A stretch of 64,000 bases of DNA from Candidatus Bathyarchaeota archaeon (GTDB lineage: Archaea > Thermoproteota > Bathyarchaeia > Bathyarchaeales > Bathycorpusculaceae): contig CAVTBV010000013.1 in NCBI GenBank assembly GCA_963733095.1, forward strand, positions 288,001 to 352,000, in the 5' to 3' direction. Positions 1 through 10,505 of the stretch are shown one piece after another. The notes beneath the pieces were generated by a model. That model searched no databases. It was given only the letters and a program-made list of their open reading frames with translations, and was not told the origin of the DNA. Every line of letters starts with the position of its first letter. Position 1 is the first letter of the stretch. Position numbers and translations under genes: made by a program.

Positions 1-683
1 TACTTTTGTAATATTCACTTTTTGTTAGGTAGGCTGGTAAGCTTTGAATTTCTTTTTTCTGCCTCTCGAAATCACTCGCATATAATGTTGGAAAAGTAGG
101 TTCCACAATTGCTTTCATTTGTAATGGGTTAAAATTAACTAACACTTATATTGGTCAAAATTTTTTTTGGAAAAAAGACACACGATTCAGATGTAGTCCT
201 GAAAAATCTTGGTTCAAATATGTTTTTGTGATTCAGATTCCGGTTTCATAAAGCTTTAGAGTTGTATCTTTGTTATTTATTGAAATGGGTTCAGAGAGAA
301 ATGCAATTGATGGTTCGCCATCACCTTTTGCATCTTCAAGACCACTCTGAACCCACCCTTCTTAACATTTATTTTTTTAGAAATTAGAAATCCAAGTCTC
401 TTTCCATTATCCTACTATTGATTGCATAAGTATCTTTTTGACAACTGAATGTTTTCTTTTGGTGAATAGATTTAGGGTCGTCCTGGTACTGCTTGCCCTT
501 TCAGGGTACATTTGAAAACAACTACGCACAATTCATTCTAATCTTCCATTTGACATCGACAAGTGAAACTTGGGTTTAAACTCAAAAATTTACTTAAAGC
601 GAAAAGAAACGAAAAGAAATTAAAAATTAGTTCTGAACGTCAATTAATATTAAGAATAAACTATTTGTGGATCAACTATTCTT

Positions 684-821
684 TTAGGAATTAGCAACCT
701 CTTCCCCTTTGAGTTCGGGATGATACCACCGCCTAATTGCCTCAGTAACCTTTTCTGAACAACCATGATCAGGTAATTTGCTAAAAACCTGCTCACAATC
801 ATCGCTTTCGTCTGAAACCAT
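684..821 (-). CDS. small hypothetical protein (45 aa, MVSDESDDCEQVFSKLPDHGCSEKVTEAIRRWYHPELKGEEVANS)
   Basis: Translated by hand, below the ORF-track cutoff; ATG start with an AT-rich TATA-like stretch upstream. Confidence 0.5.
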   Translation of the reverse strand: MVSDESDDCEQVFSKLPDHGCSEKVTEAIRRWYHPELKGEEVANS

Positions 822-1006
822 ACTTTTTCTTTAATTCCAATTTTATATAAATGTTCTGTGTTTTTACTTATTTTGTAGATTTGTTTAACACTAATACAGT
901 ATGGTTTCGGTTAAGATGTTTTCAATTTATTTTTTAAAGGCCAACTTATAACATAGTCTCCAAGACTGTTAACTTGAACTCATGAAGTGCGTTCCTAAGA
1001 AGAGAT

Positions 1007-2206
1007 TTAATCAACTCTTTTTCGTTTTTCTCCTTTCCCTTCATTTCTTATTAGGGGTTTTTTGACTTTTATTGCGGCTGTAACTGCAATAGTTGCTATC
1101 ACTGCAATCGTTGCAATGATTGAAGCATTGTATGGGCTTGACGGATTTTGTACTGTAGTTGAGGTTGGGGTGGGTGTAGGATTTGGCGATTCTTGTATCA
1201 AGTTGATGGGTGGTAAACTCAAAGAACTATAGATATTTGAACTGTAGTAACTTGTGGATATTCCGTGTCTGAAGGTGCTCAAAGTATTTGAATCAACAAC
1301 TGTCCAGCTTGCACTTGGCATTTCCCATATGGCAAATGCTTTGATGTATGAAAATTCTGTTGGTAACTCTTTGAAGAAGTTGCTCCACCATGCTGGAGTG
1401 TTGCTTCCTGAGTAGCCAAGTTCTGGCAACATAACAGGTTTGTTTGGGGCAACAGTTCGTATGTTGTTTAGTTCAGGTTGGCATGCTGAAGAAAAAGATT
1501 GTCCTGTAGAACAATAGATATCTGTTCCGACCCAATCTACATAATTGTCTCCTGGATACAAAGATTGCAATGTGCTTACTGAATCGTCGACATCTGCTGG
1601 ACACCAAATCCAACTTATGTTTGTTCCGCCTGCTGCCCTAACTTTGTCAACTATGTATTGCCATGCTTGAACAAATAATGCTGGAGTGTTACCATTCCCC
1701 CAAGGATAATAACCATATCCTGGATTTTGGGCATTGTTATCAGTCCACGGACCAGTGAATTCCCACATTAAACGTACAAAATATGGGTGTCCCCATGCAG
1801 CTGATGCTTGACCCCAAGCTGTCAAATAAGCATCTTCTTTTCCGTCTAGAATACTTTGTAAATTAACAAAGTTCGGGTCGCCATCACTTGCTTCTGGTGC
1901 CCAGCTAACCATTGGGATAGCTCCATGCTGTCTGCATCTGTTCATTAAAGCGGTATCAAATGTTGGAACGTTATCACTGTCCTGCGGTCTATTCCAGAGT
2001 TGAATCCAGTTCCAAATTGAAACACTTTTTCCAACTTGGCTTTCAAAAGTAGTAAGCAAACTGTAGTTACCGATATGCGAATCCCCAACCCATGCTCCCC
2101 AGAAGATCTGGTTTGTGCTAGCTGAAACATTTAAGACCAAAAACGGAGAGAAAACTAAAAGAACAACCAAAGCAACAACTAAGACTTTTCTTTGCATGAT
2201 CTTCAA
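1007..2206 (-). CDS. secreted, membrane-anchored glycoside hydrolase family 26 (beta-mannanase-like)
   Basis: Signal peptide; GH26-like motifs VRLMWEF (acid/base E), YPGDNYVDWVGTDIY and KPVMLPELG (nucleophile E); PT linker and C-terminal TM with basic tail. Confidence 0.85.
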   Translation of the reverse strand: MKIMQRKVLVVALVVLLVFSPFLVLNVSASTNQIFWGAWVGDSHIGNYSLLTTFESQVGKSVSIWNWIQLWNRPQDSDNVPTFDTALMNRCRQHGAIPMVSWAPEASDGDPNFVNLQSILDGKEDAYLTAWGQASAAWGHPYFVRLMWEFTGPWTDNNAQNPGYGYYPWGNGNTPALFVQAWQYIVDKVRAAGGTNISWIWCPADVDDSVSTLQSLYPGDNYVDWVGTDIYCSTGQSFSSACQPELNNIRTVAPNKPVMLPELGYSGSNTPAWWSNFFKELPTEFSYIKAFAIWEMPSASWTVVDSNTLSTFRHGISTSYYSSNIYSSLSLPPINLIQESPNPTPTPTSTTVQNPSSPYNASIIATIAVIATIAVTAAIKVKKPLIRNEGKGEKRKRVD

Positions 2207-2422
2207 GAAACATTACATCGCGCATTCCTTATTGTAGCTTTTTGCAAAAAATAGAGATTCAACCATGAATTGACTTTGTTGACATCGTTTGCCCTTCTGA
2301 AGAAGAAAGGGATAAATTGTCTTAGGGGATACTTGATAAGTGAGTTTTTGGTAGAAGAAAGTGTCTTTCTCAAAAATGATTAATGTAATTAAAATAAATA
2401 GATAGAGGACGATTGAACGATC

Positions 2423-2896
2423 TTGAAACCAAATAAGGAAGAAAATGAGATTATTGTTGAAGTAACAGAACATATCAGAAAGAGGTATTTTAAACATAAA
2501 CCTGTTACATTCGAGGTTTTTGAACCCTTAACTCCTGAGTGGAAAAACGAATTCAAGTATCCTGCTGGAGGATACGCTTGGGGTGACAACTGGTCAAACC
2601 AGGTTATTCACCTAACAAGATGCCAAGACAAAAAAGCATTCTACGAACTTGTATTCCACGAAATTTATCGATTGAACACACCAGAAGGTCATGAAGAGAT
2701 CTTTCCCAAAGAAAGACGCTATATTGAAGAGAAATTCGGAGTCAAATTTGATAAGTGGTTGCCGCTTCAAGACGAAATAATTAGAACCCTCTACAACGTA
2801 GATAGAAAAATGCTAAATGATAGCTTAAAGAATTGTGGGGAACAATCGAGAACAATGGAAGAAATAGAGCAACGAGCAAAAGAGCTGTCGCTTTAA
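2423..2896 (+). CDS. hypothetical protein with degenerate zincin-like motif (FHEIYR...GH)
   Basis: 157-aa ORF; GGYAW...FYELVFHEIYRL...EGH resembles a minimal metallopeptidase motif but lacks the second His. Confidence 0.55.
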   Translation: MKPNKEENEIIVEVTEHIRKRYFKHKPVTFEVFEPLTPEWKNEFKYPAGGYAWGDNWSNQVIHLTRCQDKKAFYELVFHEIYRLNTPEGHEEIFPKERRYIEEKFGVKFDKWLPLQDEIIRTLYNVDRKMLNDSLKNCGEQSRTMEEIEQRAKELSL

Positions 2897-3020
2897 TTTT
2901 TTAAGTTTTTTTATTAGCGTTATCATTCTCCAAGTTAAGCAGGTATTCCGATTAGTGCGGATTGAACCTACCCAAATACCCATTTGATGGTTTTGGCAAA
3001 CTTCAAAAAGCATAATGACG

Positions 3021-3317
3021 TCACGGGATATATTCTGTAACAAGCTTCTCTGTTTGTTCATCAGACAGATAATCTGACAGATACATATGAATGATTTCTC
3101 TCAAAGCGGTCCTTCGCAGTTCCTTGTTGTATTTGTTATTCGATGAATTGTTGATTCCGCTATTTTGGTTGTTGATGTCGCTGCATGGATTGTTGAGGTC
3201 ATAGTTTGGGTTATATAAGTCACTTTTTGGATTATTTAGGTAGCTGTTTGGATTGGTGTCTTGAGTCTTCAATTGTTTGACAATTTGTCTGAATAGATAA
3301 CCAATCGTAATCGGCAT
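3021..3317 (-). CDS. hypothetical protein with Asn-Pro heptad repeats
   Basis: SD-like AGGAG upstream; five NPxSxLN-like repeats. Confidence 0.55.
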   Translation of the reverse strand: MPITIGYLFRQIVKQLKTQDTNPNSYLNNPKSDLYNPNYDLNNPCSDINNQNSGINNSSNNKYNKELRRTALREIIHMYLSDYLSDEQTEKLVTEYIP

Positions 3318-3439
3318 AAAAGTTCTCCTTGTTAATGATTATCTAAGGTGAATCATTCTTATTAGTCTATAATGCTTGATTTTAGGTCCTATTTTTTTAA
3401 GGCAATTTTCTCGTGACAGCGGTTGGTTAGTCCAACCAA

Positions 3440-3640
3440 TTACGTTACCCATTTTATTTTATGATTATATTTCTGTACTAATTGTTTGGGCCCTGGTAGT
3501 GTGTTATTTGCTATCTGGGTTTGAAGGTTAACTATTTGGTCATTCAAGGTTTGGATCTGGTTGTTTTTGCTGTTCATTTCAGAATAATAAGTTATTATTG
3601 AAAAATTTAATGCTCTAAAGTTGCAACGCAGAGTATGCAT
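3440..3640 (-). pseudogene. probable fragment of a coiled-coil membrane protein gene
   Basis: NQIQTLNDQIVNLQTQIAN heptad pattern in a short ORF with non-protein-like ends. Confidence 0.3.
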
Positions 3641-3783
3641 AGAGGTATTGCAACTTTTCCTTTTACTTTGGGTGGTTGCGGCTTAAGAATTTCTCTTTTT
3701 TGTTAATTTTATTTAATTGAGATAAGTGTCTTTTGGAATATTGTTCAATGTAATGTATCTAATGTGGTGGTTAGTTGATTATC

Positions 3784-4911
3784 CTATCCTTTTACTTGGA
3801 TCTTCATTGGTCTACTTGCGTTTATTCCGTTAATGATCCATTCGCCAGGTGCTAGAGTTGGAAGAGTATTCGCTGGTCCTGCCATGTTTGTGAGGTATTC
3901 AATGTCTTCTTTATTGGTTGTTTTTCCAATTATTTGGTAACCCGTTTGAGATAGTATTTTTCCTCCAAGCTCAGCTGGATTGACTGTTAAGAGGCAGACT
4001 GAAATGCCTGTTTTTCTTCCCTCAGCGACCAGTTGGTTTAGTATTTCTCTTTTTAGATTTTCAGCTTCTTCGATAATTAAGAATAGCGGCTTGATTTGTT
4101 CTTCTGATCTCAGTTTAAGCAAAAGCTGCAGAGATTCGAGGTAAAAGGATCGTTTTTCTTCAGTTGTTAATCCGTGAGCGTTTAAAACAGTTAATTGACC
4201 CTTCTTTACTTCTTTATCCAGAGTATCTCGCTGAGTTTTGAGGTTGATTTCTATTTTTTTTGCAGAAGGGTTTGAGATGTCTGAATATTCGTTGTATGGG
4301 TCAAAGATGATTATTTGTGTGGACGTTTTTCCAAGGATTTCTTGTACCAATAACTTGGCAATGTGTGTTTTGCCCGCTCCGGAATTGCCTGTAATTATTG
4401 AGTGTTTAGAAATTAAGTCTTGTGCATCTAAGAAACATTTTATTATTCCTTTGTTTTCTTGGTCTTCGGCTGAAGAATTCTTAAATCCTCCAATTTCAAT
4501 TGGGGTTTTGAAGGTTTCTCCTTTAATGTGTCTGTTTAAAATATCCTCGAGAAATGTTTTAAAGGGTACATAAACGCGGCAGCCAGGCTTAGGTGGGACT
4601 AAAACTTCGCACAACGGTTTGTTGTCATTTCTCAAATCTATGTATCCCTCGATTTCTGCTGTTGCTAACATTTTACCCATTTTGTCGCCCATGGTTGAAC
4701 CGGCAACTTCTTCGTAACTGGTTATTTCTGTGATAACCGCTAAAACTGGGCATGCTTCGCCAAAGAGGGGGTGGTCGATAAGAACATAGTCGTGTTTTTC
4801 AACGCTCCCCCGGTTCTTTGGGGGACTAACTAGAAAACTGAATTGCCCTGTATGAGTATCGTTTGATACTAGTCCATAATGTTCCCTTATGCGAACGCTT
4901 GATAGATCCAT
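3784..4911 (-). CDS. HerA/FtsK-superfamily ATPase (HAS-barrel plus DUF87-type), compact form
   Basis: N-terminal beta-barrel-like region; KHSIITGNSGAGKT Walker A; IIFDPYNEY; IIEEAENL Walker B; EGRKTG. Confidence 0.85.
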   Translation of the reverse strand: MDLSSVRIREHYGLVSNDTHTGQFSFLVSPPKNRGSVEKHDYVLIDHPLFGEACPVLAVITEITSYEEVAGSTMGDKMGKMLATAEIEGYIDLRNDNKPLCEVLVPPKPGCRVYVPFKTFLEDILNRHIKGETFKTPIEIGGFKNSSAEDQENKGIIKCFLDAQDLISKHSIITGNSGAGKTHIAKLLVQEILGKTSTQIIIFDPYNEYSDISNPSAKKIEINLKTQRDTLDKEVKKGQLTVLNAHGLTTEEKRSFYLESLQLLLKLRSEEQIKPLFLIIEEAENLKREILNQLVAEGRKTGISVCLLTVNPAELGGKILSQTGYQIIGKTTNKEDIEYLTNMAGPANTLPTLAPGEWIINGINASRPMKIQVKG

Positions 4912-5048
4912 AGATGTAACCTCTCGCTTGACATCTTATTGAGGCGTAGTGAATTTGAATTTATCGGAAATTCATAGAATGGAATATTCCAACATTTGAA
5001 ATACGCCTTAAAAACCAAACTAACGTAGGTTGCTTGGAAATGACTTAG

Positions 5049-5618
5049 ATGGCGGAGACTCCCGGTTCGAAAGACAAATACTTTGAAGCTTTAGATTTTA
5101 TAATCAACGTTTTGAAGGAGCATGAGCAGATTCTGGACAGGTCGATTCATGAATTGGCAACCGTTACTGAACAGATGGGGAATTCAGACGCATTAGAAGG
5201 CAAAGTGGAAAAGGTTGAGGAAAAAATCAACCTCCTGCAGAAACAGGTAACAAACTTGGCTCGCTACTTCTCAAGTGCATCAAAAGAAGCCCTGCAAACA
5301 GCGGTAAAGAAAATGGAGCCGCCATTTCAGGTGTTACCCACCGTTTCACAGCCGACAGTTCAGCTCGGAGCCTCAGTGGTTTTGAACTGTAAACAGTGGG
5401 TGGATTTTCAGGCCTTGGCGATGCATGCCCAAACGTTATCTTTTAGCTTTAATGAGGTGGAGAAGACGTTCCAGGCTGATGCGCTTAAGGGAAACCAATT
5501 AGTCACTTATACAGGTGCTCTTCCAAGCATTTCAGCGATTCTGAGAACATGGTTATCTATTCATATGGGTATGTCTGAGAGGAATATTTTGGAAGGTTCC
5601 TTGGGTAAACCAAAATAA
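5049..5618 (+). CDS. coiled-coil hypothetical protein, paralog of 45570-46133
   Basis: Shares EALDFI(I/V)NVLKEHE...CKQWxDFQxLA...FQAxALKGNQ with the 45570 ORF. Confidence 0.8.
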   Translation: MAETPGSKDKYFEALDFIINVLKEHEQILDRSIHELATVTEQMGNSDALEGKVEKVEEKINLLQKQVTNLARYFSSASKEALQTAVKKMEPPFQVLPTVSQPTVQLGASVVLNCKQWVDFQALAMHAQTLSFSFNEVEKTFQADALKGNQLVTYTGALPSISAILRTWLSIHMGMSERNILEGSLGKPK

Positions 5619-5741
5619 TTTAACTTTATTTGAAAAATTTTTTTGTGACTATTTCTACATGTTATAAATTTTTATAAAGGTTAGCGCCTGACTCGAAGTT
5701 TAATCAGAGTCAAGAAATCAGACTTAGGTTGGGTATCAAAA

Positions 5742-6035
5742 ATGGAGAAGGCAATCACCACCAAAACAGTCCCTACAGAAGATAACGAAAAACTTCGACA
5801 AATGTACGTGAAGGTAGTTGGCTCAAATCAAATCTACCTCAAAAAAGGCTACATAAAATGCCCCGAATGCGGCGAAGAAATCCTCGTAGTTCCCGCCTTA
5901 AAAAAGATGAATGAAGCAATCGAAAACCACGTCCAACAACACAAAGCGCAAACAGCGCCCAATCTTCTGGTTAAGTACACCAAACCGATCTGCATTCGTT
6001 TGGCTTTAGCGCAGCAGATTCTGTGTAGACTTTAA
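5742..6035 (+). CDS. small C2H2-type zinc-finger protein
   Basis: CPECG-x18-HVQQH. Confidence 0.7.
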   Translation: MEKAITTKTVPTEDNEKLRQMYVKVVGSNQIYLKKGYIKCPECGEEILVVPALKKMNEAIENHVQQHKAQTAPNLLVKYTKPICIRLALAQQILCRL

Positions 6036-6129
6036 TGTGGCTTGAAGCTCTTGAAATAAAATACCTGTTGGGTCTGCGGGGTTTTGAAGCTATTCAGGTA
6101 GCCACAGAGCTACCGGTTGCATGTTTACG

Positions 6130-6160
6130 ATAGAACATTACTCCATGGCTTTTTAAATAA
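6130..6160 (+). promoter_or_regulatory. palindromic operator (ATAGAACATTACTCCAT) plus TATA box of pilin 1
   Basis: Same motif and spacing to a TTAAATA/TTATATA box upstream of all three pilin genes. Confidence 0.6.
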
Positions 6161-6208
6161 CATTACAAGCTAGTTAGCGCCCAGAAAAAATAAACAATAA
6201 AATGAGGG

Positions 6209-7519
6209 ATGGAGACAATTAATTTTAAAAAACCTACCTTTAAAAAAACCAGAATAAATAATTTCCCGCGATCTTTTAAAGCGATATCGCCCGTAATAGC
6301 AACCCTTTTAATGATAACCATTGTGGTTGTTGCCTCCCTTGTAGTCTATGCTTGGGTAAATGGCTACATGGGTTTTCAAACCAGCAAAACAGGAAAAGCC
6401 ATCGATATCCCAAGTGTGGCATTAGCCAGTGATGGTTTGCATGTTTATGTGCAGAATGTAGGGCAATCAGATGTGACTCTTGGCGCAGTATATGTGAACG
6501 GTGAACAGAAAAATTTTACACCTGACCCGAATTACTCCACCAACGTCCTGCCCATAGGCGAGACAGCCAACATTCTTGTAGACAGCTCGTACGCTGACTC
6601 TGCCAAATTAAACATCAAGGTAACAACAACCGACGGCACCTTTATGACAAAAACCGAAACTGTAACTACTGGTTCAGAAAATCCGAACCCCACCAACTCC
6701 GCAGACAACACATCTCCCATACTTTCAGCCATCAGCGACCAAACCGTCGACGAATTAAGCGAGTTATCCTTCACAGCCACTGCAACTGACTCCGACCTAC
6801 CAGCCAATACCTTAACCTACAGCCTAATCAATGCCCCTTCAGGCGCCAGCGTCGACCCCAACTCAGGCGTATTCACATGGATCCCCACCGCAGCTCAAGG
6901 ACCAGGCGACTACTCATTTACCGTAAGAGTTACCGACAACGGCTCTCCTACAATGTATGCTGAACAAACCGTGAATGTACATGTAAACGAAGTAGATAGC
7001 ACACCCCAAACGATTACGCTTCGTCCAAACGCAGCAGGAAGCTCAACCCACCTAGACAGTCAAGGCACTTCTCCAAACTATTCCTGCGTCAACGAAGTTC
7101 CCGACAACACCAACTACTATGTCCGCGGCACCTCCAGCGATAACTGGCAACAAGACAGCTACAACATCCCAGACCAAACCCTATCAGGGAATATAAACTG
7201 CGTAACAGTGCACATAATAGTCCAAAAATCAGGCTCAAGCACCGACAGCCACCTTGACGCATACAGCATAATTAGACTAAATGGCGGAACAATGAAAACT
7301 GGGCAAAGCCATGACCTAACGAGCACGTGGACAGAATACTCCGATTCGTACACAACAAAGCCCACTGAGCTTGGCGGCGGAGCTTGGACATGGAACGACA
7401 TTAACGCTTTGCAGATTGGAGTGGGTTTGAGGTCTCATGATGCTGGATGGGGTTGGTGGCATGATTGGACTTATGCCCGATGCACTCAAGTCTGGGTAGA
7501 AATCAACTATACAAATTAG
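6209..7519 (+). CDS. archaeal type IV pilin-adhesin 1 (class III signal, cadherin/Ig-like domain, beta-rich tip)
   Basis: FKA/ISPVIATLLMI class III signal; YVQNVG and IKVTTTDGT pilin motifs; DQTVDE...ATDSDLP...LTYSL...GVFTW Ig/cadherin repeat. Confidence 0.9.
   Translation: METINFKKPTFKKTRINNFPRSFKAISPVIATLLMITIVVVASLVVYAWVNGYMGFQTSKTGKAIDIPSVALASDGLHVYVQNVGQSDVTLGAVYVNGEQKNFTPDPNYSTNVLPIGETANILVDSSYADSAKLNIKVTTTDGTFMTKTETVTTGSENPNPTNSADNTSPILSAISDQTVDELSELSFTATATDSDLPANTLTYSLINAPSGASVDPNSGVFTWIPTAAQGPGDYSFTVRVTDNGSPTMYAEQTVNVHVNEVDSTPQTITLRPNAAGSSTHLDSQGTSPNYSCVNEVPDNTNYYVRGTSSDNWQQDSYNIPDQTLSGNINCVTVHIIVQKSGSSTDSHLDAYSIIRLNGGTMKTGQSHDLTSTWTEYSDSYTTKPTELGGGAWTWNDINALQIGVGLRSHDAGWGWWHDWTYARCTQVWVEINYTN
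7372..7513 (+). repeat. copy 1 of ~140-bp direct repeat (3' end of pilin 1)
   Basis: Matches 10169-10309 with 4 substitutions and 1 indel; weaker similarity extends over about 7340-7720. Confidence 0.95.
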
Positions 7520-7874
7520 TTAACTACCCTCTGCTCCTTTTTTCTATGCCAATTTTATTTTTTTCAGAGTTAGATGATAGAAATTATTTTTTTACTCAAA
7601 CCTTATCAGTTTTTATTTGGGTTTAAGAACTAGAATATTGTTCCATGATTCTTGTATGACATTTTTATTCTAACTAACCCTAATTGGGTAAACTAGTTAT
7701 AAAATATAAGTGAAATTGTTTGTTTTTAAGAAAATATCCTCGATTCCTACTATATCATATTGAATTTGTCGCTATGATGTTCTGAAATAGAGTGTAGTGA
7801 AAGCATCTTGTCTGTAAATAGGAAGCCAACACACTGTGCTCGTCCTCACGTCTTAACTAAGCATACACAATGCA

Positions 7875-8054
7875 TTATTGTGACTTTTTTACCTTTTTCA
7901 TGAGTTCAAAATCATAGTCTTTCTTCAAATAAGCAATACAATATTCAATGGCATGGCTCATTGAAGCGAACGTTCTCTCCTCAGAGTCCACTTCACCCTT
8001 GAGCCAATCATAGAGTTCTTGGTCTATACTGATTGCGATTTTCTTTTTTGTCAT
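7875..8054 (-). CDS. ribbon-helix-helix (CopG-like) regulator, 59 aa
   Basis: Hand translation MTKKKIAISIDQELYDWLKGEVDSEERTFASMSHAIEYCI...; divergent from the glutamate synthase gene. Confidence 0.75.
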   Translation of the reverse strand: MTKKKIAISIDQELYDWLKGEVDSEERTFASMSHAIEYCIAYLKKDYDFELMKKVKKSQ

Positions 8055-8211
8055 TAACCGTCAAACTACAATATTTAATCAGAACGCACTTAAATGTTTA
8101 TACGACTAGGTAATACTGAGGATTGATAAGGGTTAAATAATCATACTTAGTACTACAATTAACTACGTAGTCGTCAGAAAAAGATGGAGAAAAGAGTGGA
8201 GATAAAACAAA

Positions 8212-9822
8212 ATGAGTGAACGTATACATAAAAACGGTTCGTACCTTAATGGAAAATCAACGGTGGGAACAAACACGCGCCTCAAAGACACAAGCACAAT
8301 CAGCGGCATGTGTCCTATCTGCATTCGAGACTGTCCAGTGGTCTGCGAAATCAGCCTATCAGCGTTCAGAGGAAGAGAAGCACTCTACCCAGAACCAGCA
8401 CAGTTCGGAACAAGTACTGCAGGAGCCCTGAAGGATTTCGGTTTAGATTGGTCACATTTCAATATACAAGCAGGACTTTTTGACGCACAAGGCATACCAG
8501 AAACTTCAGAAGATGCAATATTTCCAAATGCAAACACAGAAACAATTGTAGGTGGAATGCCACTCAAGCTTCCAATACTGACAGGCGCTTTCGGCTCAAC
8601 AGAAGTTGCGCGTGAAAATTGGGATGGACTGGCAATTGGAGCAGCACTCGCGGGTGTATCGGTGACAATAGGTGAAAACATTGCGGGCATGGATGTGGCA
8701 GCTACCTTTACAAATGGAAAAATTACCCATTCGCCCGAGTTGAAAAGAAGGGTTGATTCTTTTAGAAAATTCTGGGACAAAGAATACGGAGATGTCATAG
8801 TACAGACAAACGTTGAAGACCAAAGATTAGGTATAGATTCATATGCTTTATCAAAATTGGAAGTAAACATTATAGAGCGTAAATGGGGTCAAGGTGCCAA
8901 AGCTATAGGCGGCGAAGTGCGCCTTAAAGATCTGCAGAAAGCTATTCTGCTAAAGAAACGTGGCTATATTGTAATCCCCGATCCAGAGGATCCAGTGGTA
9001 CAGCAGGCGTTCCATGAAGGAGTATTTAACACTTTTGAACGTCACAGCAGAGTTGGTATACCAAAAGAGAAACCCTTCATAGAAGACATTGAGTGGCTAC
9101 GCGAACAGGGCGCTAAAAAAGTATTCCTAAAGACAGGGGCGTATAGACCCTCAGCTGTTGCTTATACAATGAAATTTGCTTCTGAAGCCAAAATTGATGC
9201 TTTAAGCTTAGACGGTGCGGGCGGGGGAACAGGCATGAGTCCAGTTCCGATGATGGACGAAATGAGTATTCCAACACTGTATCTACAAACACTGGTGCTA
9301 CAATGCGCACAAGTGCTTAAAAGTAAAGGAAAACATGTTCCAGACTTGATTATGGCAGGTGGTTTCATAGAGGAAACTAGCATATTCAAGACCATCGCAC
9401 TGAGCAACTTCGGCGAAGGACCACTTGTCAAAGCGGTTTTAATGGGGCGCTCGCCGATTACAGCCGCTATGAAGTCAAGCTACTTCAAACAACTCGCAGC
9501 TGAAGGCAAGTTACCTAATCAATTTGCCGCCAAATTTGGTGCAACACCAGACAAGTTCTTTATCGCAACACCAGAACTCAAAACAAAATATGGTCCACGC
9601 TTCAGTGAAATTCCTTTAGAAAGCATTGGCGTTTATACATACTTAACTGACAGAATCGGGGTTGGATTAAAACAGTTGATGGCAGGCAATCGAAAATGGA
9701 ACCTAAACTTGCTAAACCGAGGCGACCTAATGAGCTTAAGCAGCATTGCCCAACAAGTGACAGGTATCCCCTTAGCGCATGAAGTTGAAAACGACGTAGT
9801 CAGAAAAATCCTTGACTACTAG
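8212..9822 (+). CDS. FMN-binding glutamate synthase family protein (stand-alone archaeal type)
   Basis: N-terminal CPICIRDCPVVC cluster; KWGQGAKAIGGE, LKTGAYR, DGAGGGTGMSP and AGG FMN-barrel motifs. Confidence 0.9.
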   Translation: MSERIHKNGSYLNGKSTVGTNTRLKDTSTISGMCPICIRDCPVVCEISLSAFRGREALYPEPAQFGTSTAGALKDFGLDWSHFNIQAGLFDAQGIPETSEDAIFPNANTETIVGGMPLKLPILTGAFGSTEVARENWDGLAIGAALAGVSVTIGENIAGMDVAATFTNGKITHSPELKRRVDSFRKFWDKEYGDVIVQTNVEDQRLGIDSYALSKLEVNIIERKWGQGAKAIGGEVRLKDLQKAILLKKRGYIVIPDPEDPVVQQAFHEGVFNTFERHSRVGIPKEKPFIEDIEWLREQGAKKVFLKTGAYRPSAVAYTMKFASEAKIDALSLDGAGGGTGMSPVPMMDEMSIPTLYLQTLVLQCAQVLKSKGKHVPDLIMAGGFIEETSIFKTIALSNFGEGPLVKAVLMGRSPITAAMKSSYFKQLAAEGKLPNQFAAKFGATPDKFFIATPELKTKYGPRFSEIPLESIGVYTYLTDRIGVGLKQLMAGNRKWNLNLLNRGDLMSLSSIAQQVTGIPLAHEVENDVVRKILDY

Positions 9823-9869
9823 TTCCTTCTCTTCTTCTCTTTTTATCTAAATAAAGGGGGATTATTTGA

Positions 9870-10097
9870 ATGCCTACTGCTTTAGTGTTATTGAATACGA
9901 AGATAGGTTCTGAAGCTGATGTTTTGAGGGAATTAAGAAAAATGGCGAACATAGAAGAAGCCAAACCAGTTTACGGTGCCTATGATATTGTACTGCGCAT
10001 TGAATCAAGTTCAATGAATGATCTCAGGCAAACAGTCACTTGGAAAATAAGAAAAATGGATTATGTTACAGCAACGCAGACAATTATAATAATTTAA
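9870..10097 (+). CDS. Lrp/AsnC ligand-binding (RAM) domain protein without HTH
   Basis: VYGAYDIVLRIE...IRKMDYVTATQT. Confidence 0.85.
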   Translation: MPTALVLLNTKIGSEADVLRELRKMANIEEAKPVYGAYDIVLRIESSSMNDLRQTVTWKIRKMDYVTATQTIIII

Positions 10098-10168
10098 GTT
10101 TCTAACAATGTTGAACTTGCACTTATTAGGATGCTCCGATTCTTAACCAATAAATCCCACGGTGAACC

Positions 10169-10309
10169 TGGCGGCGAGCTTGGACATGGAACGACATTAA
10201 CGCTTTGCAGATTGGAGTGGGTTTGAGGTCTCATGATGCTGGATGGGGTTGGTGGCATGATTGGATTTATGCCCGATTCACTCGAGTCTGGGTAGAAATC
10301 AACAATACA
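10169..10309 (+). repeat. copy 2 of ~140-bp direct repeat; silent partial pilin C-terminal cassette
   Basis: Near-identical to 7372-7513; has no start codon or N-terminal pilin part. Confidence 0.95.
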
Positions 10310-10505
10310 CCATAATTACTCACTCTATCTTTTTCTAACCTTTCTATTTTTTTTAAAGAAAAGTCCTATGTGAAAAATTCTTTTTTATGGATTTTTATTT
10401 ATGTTTTTATTTGATTTTAAGTACAGAATATTATTACATGAATTCTTAATTATCACTTGCTCTATAACTTGCGCTAAGCGGATAAACCAGTTCTTTAAGA
10501 TTCTA

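Noticed and set aside
7372-10309. DGR template/variable repeat pair at the pilin 1 C-terminus
   Set aside because: The differences (C/T, G/T, A/G, T/A, 1 indel) are not confined to adenines of either copy on either strand, and there is no reverse transcriptase in the window
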